64,000 bases of DNA, taken from positions 13,950,001 to 14,014,000 of the forward strand of contig JBHGNT010000006.1 of NCBI GenBank assembly GCA_043228905.1. Direction: 5' to 3'. The notes beneath the pieces are model-generated. The model was given only the letters and a program-made list of their open reading frames with translations. It did not search any database and had not been told where the DNA came from. Positions 1 through 11,150 of this stretch are shown one piece after another; within the stretch, counting starts at the first letter, position 1, and every line of letters starts with the position of its first letter. This DNA is from Azolla caroliniana. Its lineage: Eukaryota > Plantae > Polypodiophyta. The position numbers were made by a program, and so were the translations under genes.

Positions 1-2195
1 CAGAGAACGTGCCGACAACAGTTCCGGACCCTCCACAAGCAGGGGGAGTCAAGGCGGCGCCGGAGGCCAGCAAGAAAAGGCCGACATGGAATGTTGGTAC
101 TGTGGTGAAAAGGGCCACAAAGAAAGCGAGTGCTGGAAGAAGCGCGCCGATTCGGACAGATCCAAATCCGGCAGAGAGAACCAACAATCCTCGCACTATG
201 TAGAAGGATCGGGAGGATCCAAAACCGGAAAAGCTGGTAAAGGGCCAACCAACCTTGGTGATGAAACACGAGGCTAACTCGATGAAGAAGACCACTTCCA
301 AATCGGAGGAAGTGTGGTACATTGATTTTGGTGCGTCAAATCACATGATGAGCCACAAAGAGTGGTTCTCTTTCTCGGAGAAACCGGAACAACCGGAAGT
401 CGTGGAAACTGGAAATGACACTCCTCACCCAATCGTGCATGTCGGAGAAGTCCCTTTGAGCCACGTCGGACAGAGGGGGAAGTTGATGAACGTATTACAC
501 GTTCTGACTATCACGAAGAACTTGGTGTCAGTCGGTCAAATCGTTGACTAGGGGATGCATGTGCGGTTTACGCACCTTGGTTGCTTCATCGAGGAAGAGG
601 GCCAGATTATTGCGCAAGGGCGCAGAGATGGGAGGATGTTCATCCTCGACACCAATGACGTCGGCACCGCTTTGTTCGCCAAAGGAAAGAAGATTGAATC
701 GGATATTGATCTCTGGCACAAGCGGATCGGCCACGTCAATTACCAGAGGCTACGAGACTTGCAAATGAAACAAGTTGTTTTCGGTTTGCCGAAGTTCAAT
801 GGCCGGAAGGTCCAAATATGTGAAGCCTGCCAACTCGGGAAGAAAAACCGACTTCCATTCCCCACCAAATGAAATCGTAGCCGTAACAAGCTCGACCTTA
901 TTCATTCAGATATATGGGGACCAACATAGAACGTAGTCTTGGCGGTAGTCAATATTTCATCTCCTTCATCGACAACTACAATCGGCACACGTTGATCTAC
1001 CTCATTGAGCAGAAGAGCAAAGTCTTCGAGTGTTTCCGGAACCTGCAAAGCCTGGTTGAACGGGAAACGTCAAGGAAGATCAAGTGCCCGTGGTCAAATG
1101 GTGGAAAAGAATATTTTTCCGGTCAATTCAACAGTTATCTGCAACAGAATGGAATTTGGAGAGAATTCAGCTGCAGGTACACACCGGAGCAAAACGGTGT
1201 GGCTGAAAGGAAGAACCGGTCGATTGTCGACGTGGCAAGGGTAATGATGGAGGAGAAGAGCATGCCCCATTTCTATTGGGTTGAGGCGGTCCGGACGGCC
1301 GTTTATATCAAAAACCGGATCGGTGACAAGGTGTTTGCGCATGAGCTGTATTTTGGGCGCAAGCCGAATTTGAGATACCTTTGGATATTTAGTAGCATTG
1401 CATATGTGCATGTGCCGGATGAGAAGTGGAGGAAGTTGGATGCAAAGTCAGAGAAATGCATCTTGGTCAGTTACTCGCATGAGCAAAAGGGGTATAAGTG
1501 TTATAACCCCTGGACAAAGTAGGTCCGAGTTAGCTGGGATGTTGAGTTTGATGAGACGACATCATGTAATGCCTTACCGGCTCCGACTTCCGATCCCGAT
1601 TTGATACTGTGGGATGAGGCTAGTGAGCTTGAACCGGTCCTGTTAACAGACGAAGGGTTTGAGACTCTAGATGTGAGTCCGGAATTGTTTCGGTTGAGTG
1701 GGCCAAACGAGCGACTGGGTCAGACAGACCAGTCGGAAGATGAACCGGTGAGTAGTCACGGAAACTCTATCGTGTTCCCCCCGCGCAAGGAAAAGGGCAA
1801 GAGGAAGATGCTAGAGCACGAGACCGGCAATGGTGAGTTGGATCGGAGCGGATTCGACTCCGAAAAAGAAGAAGGCGGATCTTCAGCAACGAAGACCGAA
1901 CCGGCCAAGAAGGGCCTCAAACGGGTAACGATAAGTTACGCCGGTCTTCCCACCAGAAGAACCCTGTGAAGCAATACGGGTACAATGAGTACATGGCGCA
2001 TCATTATGCGTACATGACCAAGGTGGCAGAAGTGCGTGAGCTGGAGAGCTACGCAGAAGCGACAAAGGACGCAAATTGGCGTGCCACTATGGAGGAAGAA
2101 ATGCGGGCACTTGATGCCAACGACACTTGGGACCTAGTTGACCATCCCCGACACTGTAAACCGATCGGATGTAAGTGGGTGTACAAGGTAAAGTA

Positions 2196-2653
2196 TGTTA
2201 TCACTAGGGCCGAACAATGGCCTAACATAGGGTGTCCCCTTGAGACACTTCACGAAAGGGGTGTTGCGGTGAGATAAAGTTAGACCGACTATTAATGGAA
2301 CCCTAATTGGTTACTAAGCGGCAAGATCATTAGTCATAATACACGCGTAGGATAAATTACACTTAACACAGAACGGTAATCAACAATGATTAAGATACAG
2401 AACAACAACACTCTATTAATTATCCACTAATGATTACAATTTAACCGGGCCCCTTTATAGGTCTCCGGTTCTAGGTACAAACCGGTGCCAACCGACAACC
2501 GGCTACGAATTGGTCCGGATCTGGATCGGTACCGATTCCATGTCCGTTCGTTCACTTCTCAAATCATAATAATTCTATATATATATAATCAGCTCCCGGT
2601 TATTAATTATCCCCCGTTTCCCATTCTGGACTTCCCTTGCCGGTCGGCTAACA
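2196..2653 (-). repeat. 3' LTR of the gag-only OTA-like element
   Basis: Direct repeat of 4882-5347; TATA (ctataaagg) on the minus strand. Confidence 0.93.
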
Positions 2654-2655
2654 CA

Positions 2656-2672
2656 TGGCATGCCCGTGGGAC
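2656..2672 (+). promoter_or_regulatory. Inverted PBS-like site TGGCATGCCCGTGGGAC at the position normally occupied by the PPT
   Basis: 2 nt inside the 3' LTR, with no purine tract on the element's sense strand. Resembles the Tat/Ogre tRNA-Arg PBS TGGCACGCCCAGTGGGAC; a homologue sits at 9927-9943. Confidence 0.65.
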
Positions 2673-2729
2673 AGTACCTTGTACGTCGAATCCCATGATC
2701 CCGCCTTCATTCATCTTCCAAAATGTCTA

Positions 2730-4830
2730 GAATGCTTTGATCTAAGGGTTCCAATGGTTCTTCGGGAAGCTGTTCTATCATCTACTGCCGTTGTTGTTCC
2801 TCCTCCTGCTGTTCCTGCGGCTATGGCTGCTCTTCTTGCCACTCCAGCTCCAGCTGTGGCTGCTGCTAGTTGACGTCCGTTGCCTGCGGCTCCATCGGTC
2901 TAACCGGCTCTGTCTCCATTTCCGACTCGAATGGTCTTCCCGGCTCTGTCTCCATTTCCGGCTCAAATGGTCTTACCGGCTCTTCCTCCTTTTCCGGCTC
3001 TACCGATCTTCGTGTCTCCTGGTTTTGTTGTCCGGCTTGCATTGGTTCCTGCGGATGACCTTCCTTTAGCGGCTCCTCCTGAGTACTATCTGGTTGGCTT
3101 CCCCCGGCTTTAACCGACGTTTGTGCCGAAGATGGCTCCTCGTCACTGATGTTAATCGCCGCAATTTTCTTGGCCACTTCTTGCCTTCGTCGTTCCCCTT
3201 CATACTTTTCGAAACGGACTTGGTTGTCCAACTGGTCATCATCCAGTTATGCCACCAACTGGCGTACTGCCACCCTCTACTCATCAGCTATGCCACCAAC
3301 TGGTTGTAACCGGGGGAATGATCCCGGTTGTATTGCTCATATCGTTCACCGTTGTAATCCCAGTAGCTATCCTACCGGTCTCGGTTGGGAACGTCCTTTT
3401 TATCGCTATTCAAGATATCTTGCGCCGGCCGGTAACGCTTATCTCGCCACCAACGTTCTTCTTCCTCCCGGTTGCTCCGGGGTTCGATTTGCCTTAGCGG
3501 TGCCGCTTGCTGGTTCAGCAAGTTATATTCGCATCAGTCCATTGTGTGTGTCCTGGAATGGCATAACATGCACTGTGTCTGCATGGTACATTCTATTGCC
3601 GAGTGCCCAGCATTGAGACAAGTCATACATTGTATAGCTTGCCGAAAACGTCAGTCGTCTTCTGTCGGTAATGTACGTTGGGGTGCCCCCATTGTTAGCC
3701 ATGAGCTTGTTTTCTCCATCTCTGTGACCCTTTCTATGACTTGGTTGATCGTGCTGGTGCGGAAATCAATCATTGCGCACACCGTACGCAGGGGTTCCCG
3801 TAGTGCTGTTAGGAATATTGCTCTAGCCTCTGCCTCTGGTGGTGCCCGATTGAGCTGACTGTGCATTCGTTGGAAGTGGATAACGAATTGCTGAATGGTT
3901 TCCGTAGGTTCCTGCCGTATGGTGTAGAATAGGCCGACCATCTCCCATTGATCCACCTCCTTGTTGAAGAATTGTAAAAATCTGGTTTTTAAGTCTTCAA
4001 ACGTCGTGATGGTGCCGGGAGTGTGCGTCAAGTGCCCTCACGCGGCTGGTTCTTCCAAGGTCATGCCGAACTCTGCCATCTTCGAGTGTTCTGCTTCGGC
4101 GGTAGTCAAGCATTGCAACACATGGGAAGCAAACCATGTTTGCAAAAATGCATAGACATGAGCTTGTGCGTCCGGATCATCCCGGTACTTGGGATATTGG
4201 AACGACATGTCGTTGTCCAGTGTCGGAGGTCTCCCCTCCGCTTCTTTCGGTGTCGGAGGTCTTTCCTCCTCTTCTTTCGGTGTCTCACATGGCGGTGTCG
4301 GAAGTTGACTCGCCACTTGCTGGTCTGGGGCTTCTAGTTCCGATAACTCGGGTTCTGGTGTCGGCAAGGTATCCGACTACTCTTCCTCCGGTCTGTCTGG
4401 GGTATCCACTTGCTGGTCTGGGGCTTCTAGTTCCGATAACTCGGGTTCTGGTGTCGGCAAGGTATCCGACTACTCTTCCTCCGGTCTGTCTGGGGTATCG
4501 TGGCTGCTACGGTAATTCGAATGGGCGCTGCATTCGCCGTCCGAATCCGATTCAAAGGCCGAGAATGGTTCTGAATCGCTGCCCCCTGTCGCTAGTGCAT
4601 GCAGAATGGATTCCGCGTCCCGGAGACTACTCAAACTGCTTCCTTCATCCGGTTGGGAATTCTGTTGCCCGCGGAGTGACTCCGCGGCCACTCGCCGGAT
4701 TACCTTGGAAAATGACCGATCTGCACGGATCTCTTCTACCGCCTGTTGGAAAGCCTCTTGCTTTCGCAATCATTCGGCAAGTCTTCTTGCTCGCTCCGTA
4801 ACCGGGTCGTTTGTTGTTCTAGTCATCTAT
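2730..4830 (-). pseudogene. gag: Disrupted gag with a Zn-finger-like C/H region and an acidic/Pro-rich C-terminal extension
   Basis: ORFs 4470-4769, 4038-4367, 3651-4031 and 2866-3231 on minus; the gag fragments align with the ORF 25394-27271. Confidence 0.8.
4313..4498. repeat. Exact 93-bp tandem duplication inside gag
   Basis: ccacttgctggtctgggg...ctgtctggggtat occurs at 4313 and again at 4406. Confidence 0.9.
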
Positions 4831-4864
4831 GCCCGCCGTTGTTCACTGCGTTTGTGTAGGAATC

Positions 4865-4874
4865 GTGGTCGCCA
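4865..4874 (-). promoter_or_regulatory. Primer-binding site TGGCGACCAC (tRNA-Arg-like)
   Basis: 7 nt inside the 5' LTR. The homologous site TGGAGACCAC lies at 25432-25441. It matches the recalled plant tRNA-Arg(UCG) 3' end ...GUGGUCGCCA. Confidence 0.7.
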
Positions 4875-4881
4875 AAAATTG

Positions 4882-5347
4882 TGTTATCGCTAGGGCCGAA
4901 CAATGGCCTAAGATAGGGTATCCCCTTGAGACACTTCACCAAAGGGGTGTTGCAGTGAGATAAAGTTAGACCGATTATTAATGGAACCCTAATTGGTTAC
5001 TAAGCGGCAAAATCATTAGTCATAATACCCGCGTAGGATAAATTACACTTACCACAGAACGGTAATCAACAATGATTAAGATACAGAACAACAACACTCT
5101 ATTAATTATCCACTAATGATTACAATTTAATCTGGCCCCTTTATAGGTCTCCAACTCTAAGTACAAACCGGTGCCAACCAGCAACCGACTACAAACCGGT
5201 TCGGATCCAGATTGGCATACCGATTCTGTGTCCGTCCGTTCACTTCTCAATTCATAATAATTCTATATATATATATATAAAATCAGCTCCCAGTTATTGA
5301 TGATCCCTTGTTTCCCATTCTGGACTTCCCTTGCCGGCCAGCTAACA
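4882..5347 (-). repeat. 5' LTR of the gag-only OTA-like element
   Basis: Direct repeat of 2196-2653; followed on the minus strand by the PBS and gag. Confidence 0.93.
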
Positions 5348-7116
5348 AAGTACAATGCTGACGGTTCGGTTAACCGGTACAAGGCCCCGTTAGTGGTGAA
5401 AGGATACGCACATACCCACGGAATCGACTACGACGAGACCATTGCTCCGGTAGCGAAGATGATGACGGTTTGTGTGGTGTTGGCGGTTACTGTGGCAAGG
5501 GGGTGGCATCTTCACCAGATGGACGTGAAGAATGCATTTCTTCAAGGTGATCTTGAAGAAGAGGTCTTTATGACACAAGCCCCCGGTTTCTAGTCAGAGA
5601 TGAACAAGTCGGTGATATGCCGGCTGAAGAAGTCACTTTATGGCCTGAAGCAAGCCCCCCGAGCTTGGAATGCGAAGATCACACACTAGTTGCGTAAGAT
5701 GGGCTTTGCGGCCTCCAAGTCCGACTCTTCGTTGTTCATGTGGGAAGGTCCAAACGATCCGGTTTGCATCTTGCTGTATGTTGATGATCGAGTCATCACC
5801 GGATCCGGACTCGATGAAATCAGCCAAGTCAAGTCCCAGCTATCGGACGCATTTGAGATGAAGGACTTGGGAGACCTTCACTATTTCCTTGGGATCGAGC
5901 TGATTTGAACCCCTGACCCCTTCTGTGCGCGCATCGAATTTTGCGATATGTGAGGGACATGAAGAACCGGGGACTGTTATACCGGCATGGTATAACCGAA
6001 AAGCTAGTCAGCTACATTGATGCCGACTGGGCCGGCGATGCATTGGATCACTGATCTACCTCCGGCTATATGTTTTCGCTTGGTAGCGCGGTTGTTGCGT
6101 GGAGCAGCAAGAAGCAGCCAATAGTGGCCCTTTCGAGCACTTAGGCTGAATACCGGGGCGCTACTGTTGCCACCTATGAAGCTATTTGGCTTCGGCGACT
6201 ACTGCAAGACCTGCGGATCGAGGTGCTGACCCCGATCCTCATCTACTGCGACAACATAAGCGGCATGCAGCTCACCAAGAACCTTGTATTCCATGCTCAC
6301 ACAAAGCACATAGAAGTGCACTACCACTTCATGCGTGAGCGTGTCTTGAGTGGTGAAGTCGAACTTCGGTATGTTCATATGGATCGGCAAGATCCCGACA
6401 TCTTCACCGAACTGCTCGGATCGGACAAGTTGCAGCACTTCACCGAAATGCTTGATGTTCTGCATGTCGACGTGCCACACTTGAGGGGGAGAATGGGGAG
6501 AGACACCGGAATGGGCAAAGGCAAAGGAACTGCTGATTGCGTTGGTGAGGGAAGAACCGACTAAGAGAGAGACAAGAAGAAGAAAGGAGCCGAGTCGACA
6601 AAGGAAGTTGACACATCCGAACAAGTCGGAAGAACTAGCAGCGGCGGCAGAGTCGAGAAGGACAGAGCTGACCGGAAGAAGAAGGCCAAGACCCGGACAT
6701 GGTTCAATGTGGTGAAGGGCCTGGAACCGGAAGAAGAATCAGGAGCGACCAATTCGAACAAGAGCTAGAACGAATCGGAGATAGCCGTTTCGGTTCAACA
6801 GACAGATTCAGAAGAACCGGATCAATTCAAGGCCAAGAGGACGAGAAAGCAGCGAAAGTCGACGCCAACATGAAAGAATTGGCGAATCGGCAAGCACCGA
6901 AGTCACAACAACGAGGGAGCTGAATTGGGCCTGTTGAGCAGACAAGCCGACCAAGGAGGTTGAGGTGCGTAGAATCAGAAGGGTCGCGACAAACGGGACC
7001 AGACCGGACGAGGAGCACGAGCGAAGCGAAGTGATGCCAGAAGGAGCCGGGTGGAAGGACCGACTGCCATGGAGACTGACACTACGATTCGACCTCAAGT
7101 TGAACTTGAGGGGGAG

Positions 7117-7522
7117 TGTTCAGCATTAAGCTCAATCGAATCCAGAATGGTTGAATAAGCCTGAGCCGGATCGGCATCCAGAAGGATGAGCCGGATCGGT
7201 GAGCCGGTGATCAAGTAGTAATCGGAAGCCTAGTAGCAGCCTAGACTACTAGGTAGTGAATGTCTCGTAGTTAGTGTCAGACGCTCGTGTGAGTATTGAA
7301 GTACATTGTACCTCTGTCAGTTCTCTTAGGACTTGTATAAATAGTTTTGTCGAGCACATTGTATGTGTAGAGAATTTTTACAGAGTTGTTGATAATAGAT
7401 TTAAGTTGTTCTGCTCTTTCTCTATCTCTACTGCGTACCTTCTGTGCGTTAATCTCTCTCTCTCTCTCTATGTTGCTATCCGGCTAAGTTGGTTGTCTAA
7501 CGCTTCCGCACCTTCGTTTTCA
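7117..7522 (+). repeat. 3' LTR of copia family A copy 1
   Basis: Starts TGTT after PPT TTGAGGGGGAG and contains TATAAATA. The 3' end (ctaacgcttccgcac...ttca) is homologous to the LTR end at 18181-18213. Confidence 0.8.
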
Positions 7523-7899
7523 TTGACCTAATCCACTTGTAGCCTAGTCAGCTGCAGAGGCCCGATTCGATGGCGACAGAAGATGCACGTATGACCGCGC
7601 TCCATCATTGTTGCTCCTAACCATCAAGGAGTGCAACACATCTAGTAGATGCACTGCCTTGTCTCTGTTGATCTCCCTGATGTAGGCGAACGTCTGCCCC
7701 TTGGACCTATAGAAGGGAAGCATCCAGTAGGTGAGAGCCACTGGGTAGAGATCAAGCAACTCTCGTGCCTCCTCCTTAGTCTCACAGACTGCATCGATCC
7801 TCACCCCTACCAGATGAGAGCGAGTGGGATTTGGTTCTTGATGAGGAGGATGTCTTCCATGATGGCTTTGACGACATGGATGAGATGTCTGTGGATCAA

Positions 7900-8600
7900 C
7901 CGAAATCAAATACAGAGAATAAAACAAGAGTGGCATTACAACCAACTATCTAGAGGTGGATGATTGTGCAGTTGTTTGTTATGTCTTTAACAAGCAACAT
8001 GATTCAACGTCACCAAGATGTACCAGACATGGTCCCTTGTGCTTCTTCTTTTGTGAGCTCAGCTATGGCGGAGTCAGACATTGTAGGCATTCATGTTGAT
8101 CATCTACAAGTCGATCTGCCTATAACCGTAGCTGTGTTGCCAACAGTTGCAGTGATGAACATCACTATCAATCACGAATTAAATCTACCTGAGAGCAAAC
8201 AACATGAGAATAATTTCTATGCTTCTGATACCTTAGCTTCACTGGCAAAAGTTATAGCAGGTGTCCATTGATGCCTGAATTCAATGGTGCTCCATTAGAG
8301 ATAACGGTGATAACGGAGGAGGCAAGTGACATAGGAAAAGCTTCTCCTTTCTTGGCAAGATCTGTGTTGCGAAGAAGCCTAGCAGAGTGTCTGCATGTAG
8401 TAGCCGATGAGGAATGGTCAGTTCTTGAAGGTGTGGCAAGAGTAAACTCCTTGCTAAATCTTCCTAGGTTTCTCTAGAGAAGACGATCAGAGATAATTAG
8501 GAGGGCCAATTGAATCAAGCAAGTCTACAGAAGTGAAGAAGAAGATAGTTTCCTGAAGAGGAACAAGAAGCAACAACAGTAGAAGACGATGGCTATGACT
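7900..8600 (-). pseudogene. Highly decayed copia-like gag/protease remnant
   Basis: Minus-strand frames give DHVWYILVTLNHV (resembles WYLDSGASNHM) and a Cys/His cluster; very fragmented. Confidence 0.35.
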
Positions 8601-8789
8601 GATGGTGGCAAAGCTGGAGAGACATTCTGGTAGTCGGACTGAGACAACCCCAATAGAGCTAGCCGCCGAATCGTAGCTGCCAAGCTGGCCGAGAGATGGC
8701 TGAAGTCTAGCAAATAGCCAAAAAGACACAGATGGCCTCTGAAGCCAAGGCCAAAAGAATAGATGATGCAAAATTGGTTGTTGAGGCAA

Positions 8790-9210
8790 AAAAGAGAAGA
8801 CGGCCGAGACATGCCAAGACGCACGACCGAGAATACGGCTGAGACGCATGACCGAGAAGATGGTCGAGACGCGTGGTGAAGACACGTGGTTGAGAGCATG
8901 ACCGAGAAGTGCGGACGAGAGTACGGCCAAGTGATGGCCAAAAAACGACGGCCGAGATGCGCAGTGAAAAGCATAGTCGAGACGCGAGGCCAAGAATATG
9001 GCCGAGAGTACGGCCAAGACGCGTGACCGACAACACAGCCGAGATGCACAACTCAGAATACGGCCAAGACACGTGGCCAAGATGCACGGCCAAGAATACG
9101 GGCACGACGCGCAATCAAGACGCGTGACCGAGAGTACGGCCAAGTCGCGTTGCCGAGGCGTATAGCCAAGACATGGCCGAGAAATCGAGACGTAGCCGAG
9201 ACGCAACCGA
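8790..9210. repeat. Degenerate GC-rich minisatellite built on (A/C)CGGCC(G/A)AGA / GTGACCGAGA units
   Basis: Many imperfect units such as acggccgagac, gcatgaccgaga and tacggccaagac. These explain the spurious long ORFs in 8487-9524. Confidence 0.75.
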
Positions 9211-9926
9211 ATTATTGCCACGAAACTGTCCAGAAATGACCAATCGATAGTTCGGTTGCCATCAGACAGACAGACAAAGACAACCAGCGGACAGAGCCGA
9301 CCGACCAGTTGAGAGAGCCAAACAGCCAGTAGATATAGTTGGCGGGTGGAGACTACCACCGGATAGAAGGAGAGAGGAGGCCAAGAGAAGATAAACAAGA
9401 AGAAACTAAGAGGAGGACGAAGAAGCAGAAGAAGAGAAGAACGCACAAGAAGAATAGAAAGAATAAAAAGAGGAGACATAAGGAAACGAAGAAAGAGAAG
9501 ATGAGTATGAAGAGAAAATTTCAAAAGCTCAAGGGCATGACTTCATATTTCAAAAATTGGAAGGTAGAATGCAGAATTTCAAAAACACAAGGGCCGAAAA
9601 TAAAATTTCAAAACATTTGAGGGTAAAAATTTTAGAGACCAAGGGTACAAAATGCAAAGCTCAATTCACATGACGAAACTGAAAAATACACATACATGTA
9701 ACAGAATCATGAAAGGCCTATGGCGCCATGGAGGAGCCAATTGGTGTGTGATCCAATTGAGCGACATGTTGATCAAACGAGAAGGTTCAAGTCAAGCAAT
9801 GCTTCGATCGAAGTTATCGATCGTAGAGCTATGATCCGGTCGATGGATTTCCGACCGTTGTGACGACTGATGGAGTTCTAGTCTTTAATAGTTGCCATGG
9901 CGAGTGGGTTCACCATGCAATGCACT

Positions 9927-9943
9927 GTCCCACAGGTGTGCCA
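9927..9943 (-). promoter_or_regulatory. Inverted PBS-like site (TGGCACACCTGTGGGAC on minus) at the PPT position
   Basis: Plus strand reads GTCCCACAGGTGTGCCA-TG|LTR, with the same spacing and sequence as 2656-2672. Confidence 0.65.
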
Positions 9944-9945
9944 TG

Positions 9946-10274
9946 TGTTACCCGTAGGAGCTGTATGGGGCGGTATAAGGGTAAAACACGTTAAAGGGGT
10001 TGTTCGGTATGTGTAATGTATATGAGTGTGAGGATGAGTATGTGTGAGCACATGCACAATTATGTGTATGTGACAAGAATGTAACGGGGTCTTTTTGTAA
10101 CGGACATATTATTTACCATTACATTATGTATTATATAAACCCCTTATGGGGCATGTAATGAGATATAGTTTTTTCCCCTCTCATTTTGGTGTCATTTCCT
10201 ATTTGTCTCTCTCTCTAGCTCTCTCCCTATCATAACCCCCTTGGGAGAAGGCTTCACCCCCCACCCCAATAACA
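9946..10274 (+). repeat. 3' LTR of an OTA-like gypsy family (same family as 43864-44177)
   Basis: TGTTACCCGTA...CACCCCCACCCCAATAACA with TATATAAAC; clear homology to 43864-44177. Confidence 0.8.
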
Positions 10275-10625
10275 TAGGGCTAAGGGGAATCAATATAGTT
10301 GAACAAGTTACAATGAGTAGTTGCCTCTGTAATTGTGAGTGAGAGGGTGAGTAGTAACTCTGCAGCGGTCTGCTAGAAGAAGATGAGCTCGAGGTTGTTG
10401 CCTTCGAGTCTCCTTGTATTCCGCTCTCGATTATAGTGATTCTATTTCTCGGGGTTTGTGGGCCCTTGTGGTTTTTCCCTTTTGGGTTTTCCACGTTAAA
10501 TATCTTGTGTCTCAGTACATTCTCGTTTTCTATATTTTTATCTATGTCATTGTCGATTCTTTGCACCCGAATATTCGAGAGTGCAACCGGTTGTGGTTGG
10601 TCTCGATCGGAATATAGGTCCTAAC
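10275..10625 (+). repeat. Partial copia LTR related to 11151-11672
   Basis: Shares tatagtgattct...ggttttt...ttttccacgt.aa with 11490-11560; no PBS follows. Confidence 0.6.
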
Positions 10626-11150
10626 GGCTTCTCCAGCAGATCCGACCCTATGGCCCTTGCCTTTCGGCTTGTAGCCAATCCGGCTACATGTTGACCTATG
10701 TGTGAACACACCTCTTGAGAATGTATGAGCATTCAAAGGTCAAAGGTCACAACTACTCTCTAACATTAACTATGTGTCATATAGCTAATGAGTTTCCACA
10801 TTACCCATGACACATGAGCTTCGATGGTTTCTAGTGAGAGAGTGGACATTTTAGGGAGAGAATGAAGAGAGAGGGTGAATTTATATAAAGCACCTTCCTC
10901 TTCCTTTGTACTTGGTTGATTTCTTGTTTATTTTCACATTCCTTGAGTCTCTTCTATCCTCTATCTTCTATCTATCTTGTGTCTCTTCTCTTCTCTCTCT
11001 CTCTCTCTCTCTCGCACACAAACACATATGTAATCTATTCCGCCTAGCATAATAAATCAAAATATTTATTTACAATACGTATTTTATTTACACCTTGTTC
11101 ACAATTTCTTTAAAAGATACTTGATGAGAGTCAAATATGGTAAAACTACT

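Larger units (their letters stand above)
2196..5347 (-). mobile_element. Gag-only (TR-GAG-like) non-autonomous Athila/OTA-like gypsy element inserted in the copia RT
   Basis: Direct LTRs 2196-2653 and 4882-5347 (TGTTA...TAACA) with perfect TSD AAGTA (2191-2195, 5348-5352). Minus-strand gag fragments (YPKYRDDPDAQAHVYAFLQTW, EFGMTLE) are homologous to gag at 25478. No protease, RT or INT. Confidence 0.93.
1..7522 (+). mobile_element. Ty1/copia element (family A, copy 1), 5'-truncated by the window edge, decayed, interrupted by a gypsy insertion at 2196-5347
   Basis: Zn knuckle CWYCGEKGHKESEC (86-277), protease WYIDFGASNHM, GAG-pre-integrase LWHKRIGH..CEACQ, integrase TPEQNGVAERKNR (914-1522). 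RT KWVYKVK|[12 protein letters not shown] is split at 2195/5353, with YVDD and RNase H HTKHIEVHYHF downstream. PPT 7106-7116, then LTR. Many in-frame stops. Confidence 0.95.

Noticed and set aside
8487-9524. 345-aa hydrophobic ORF as a host membrane protein
   Set aside because: It results from the minisatellite and the reverse strand of GA-rich low-complexity DNA; no domain motifs.
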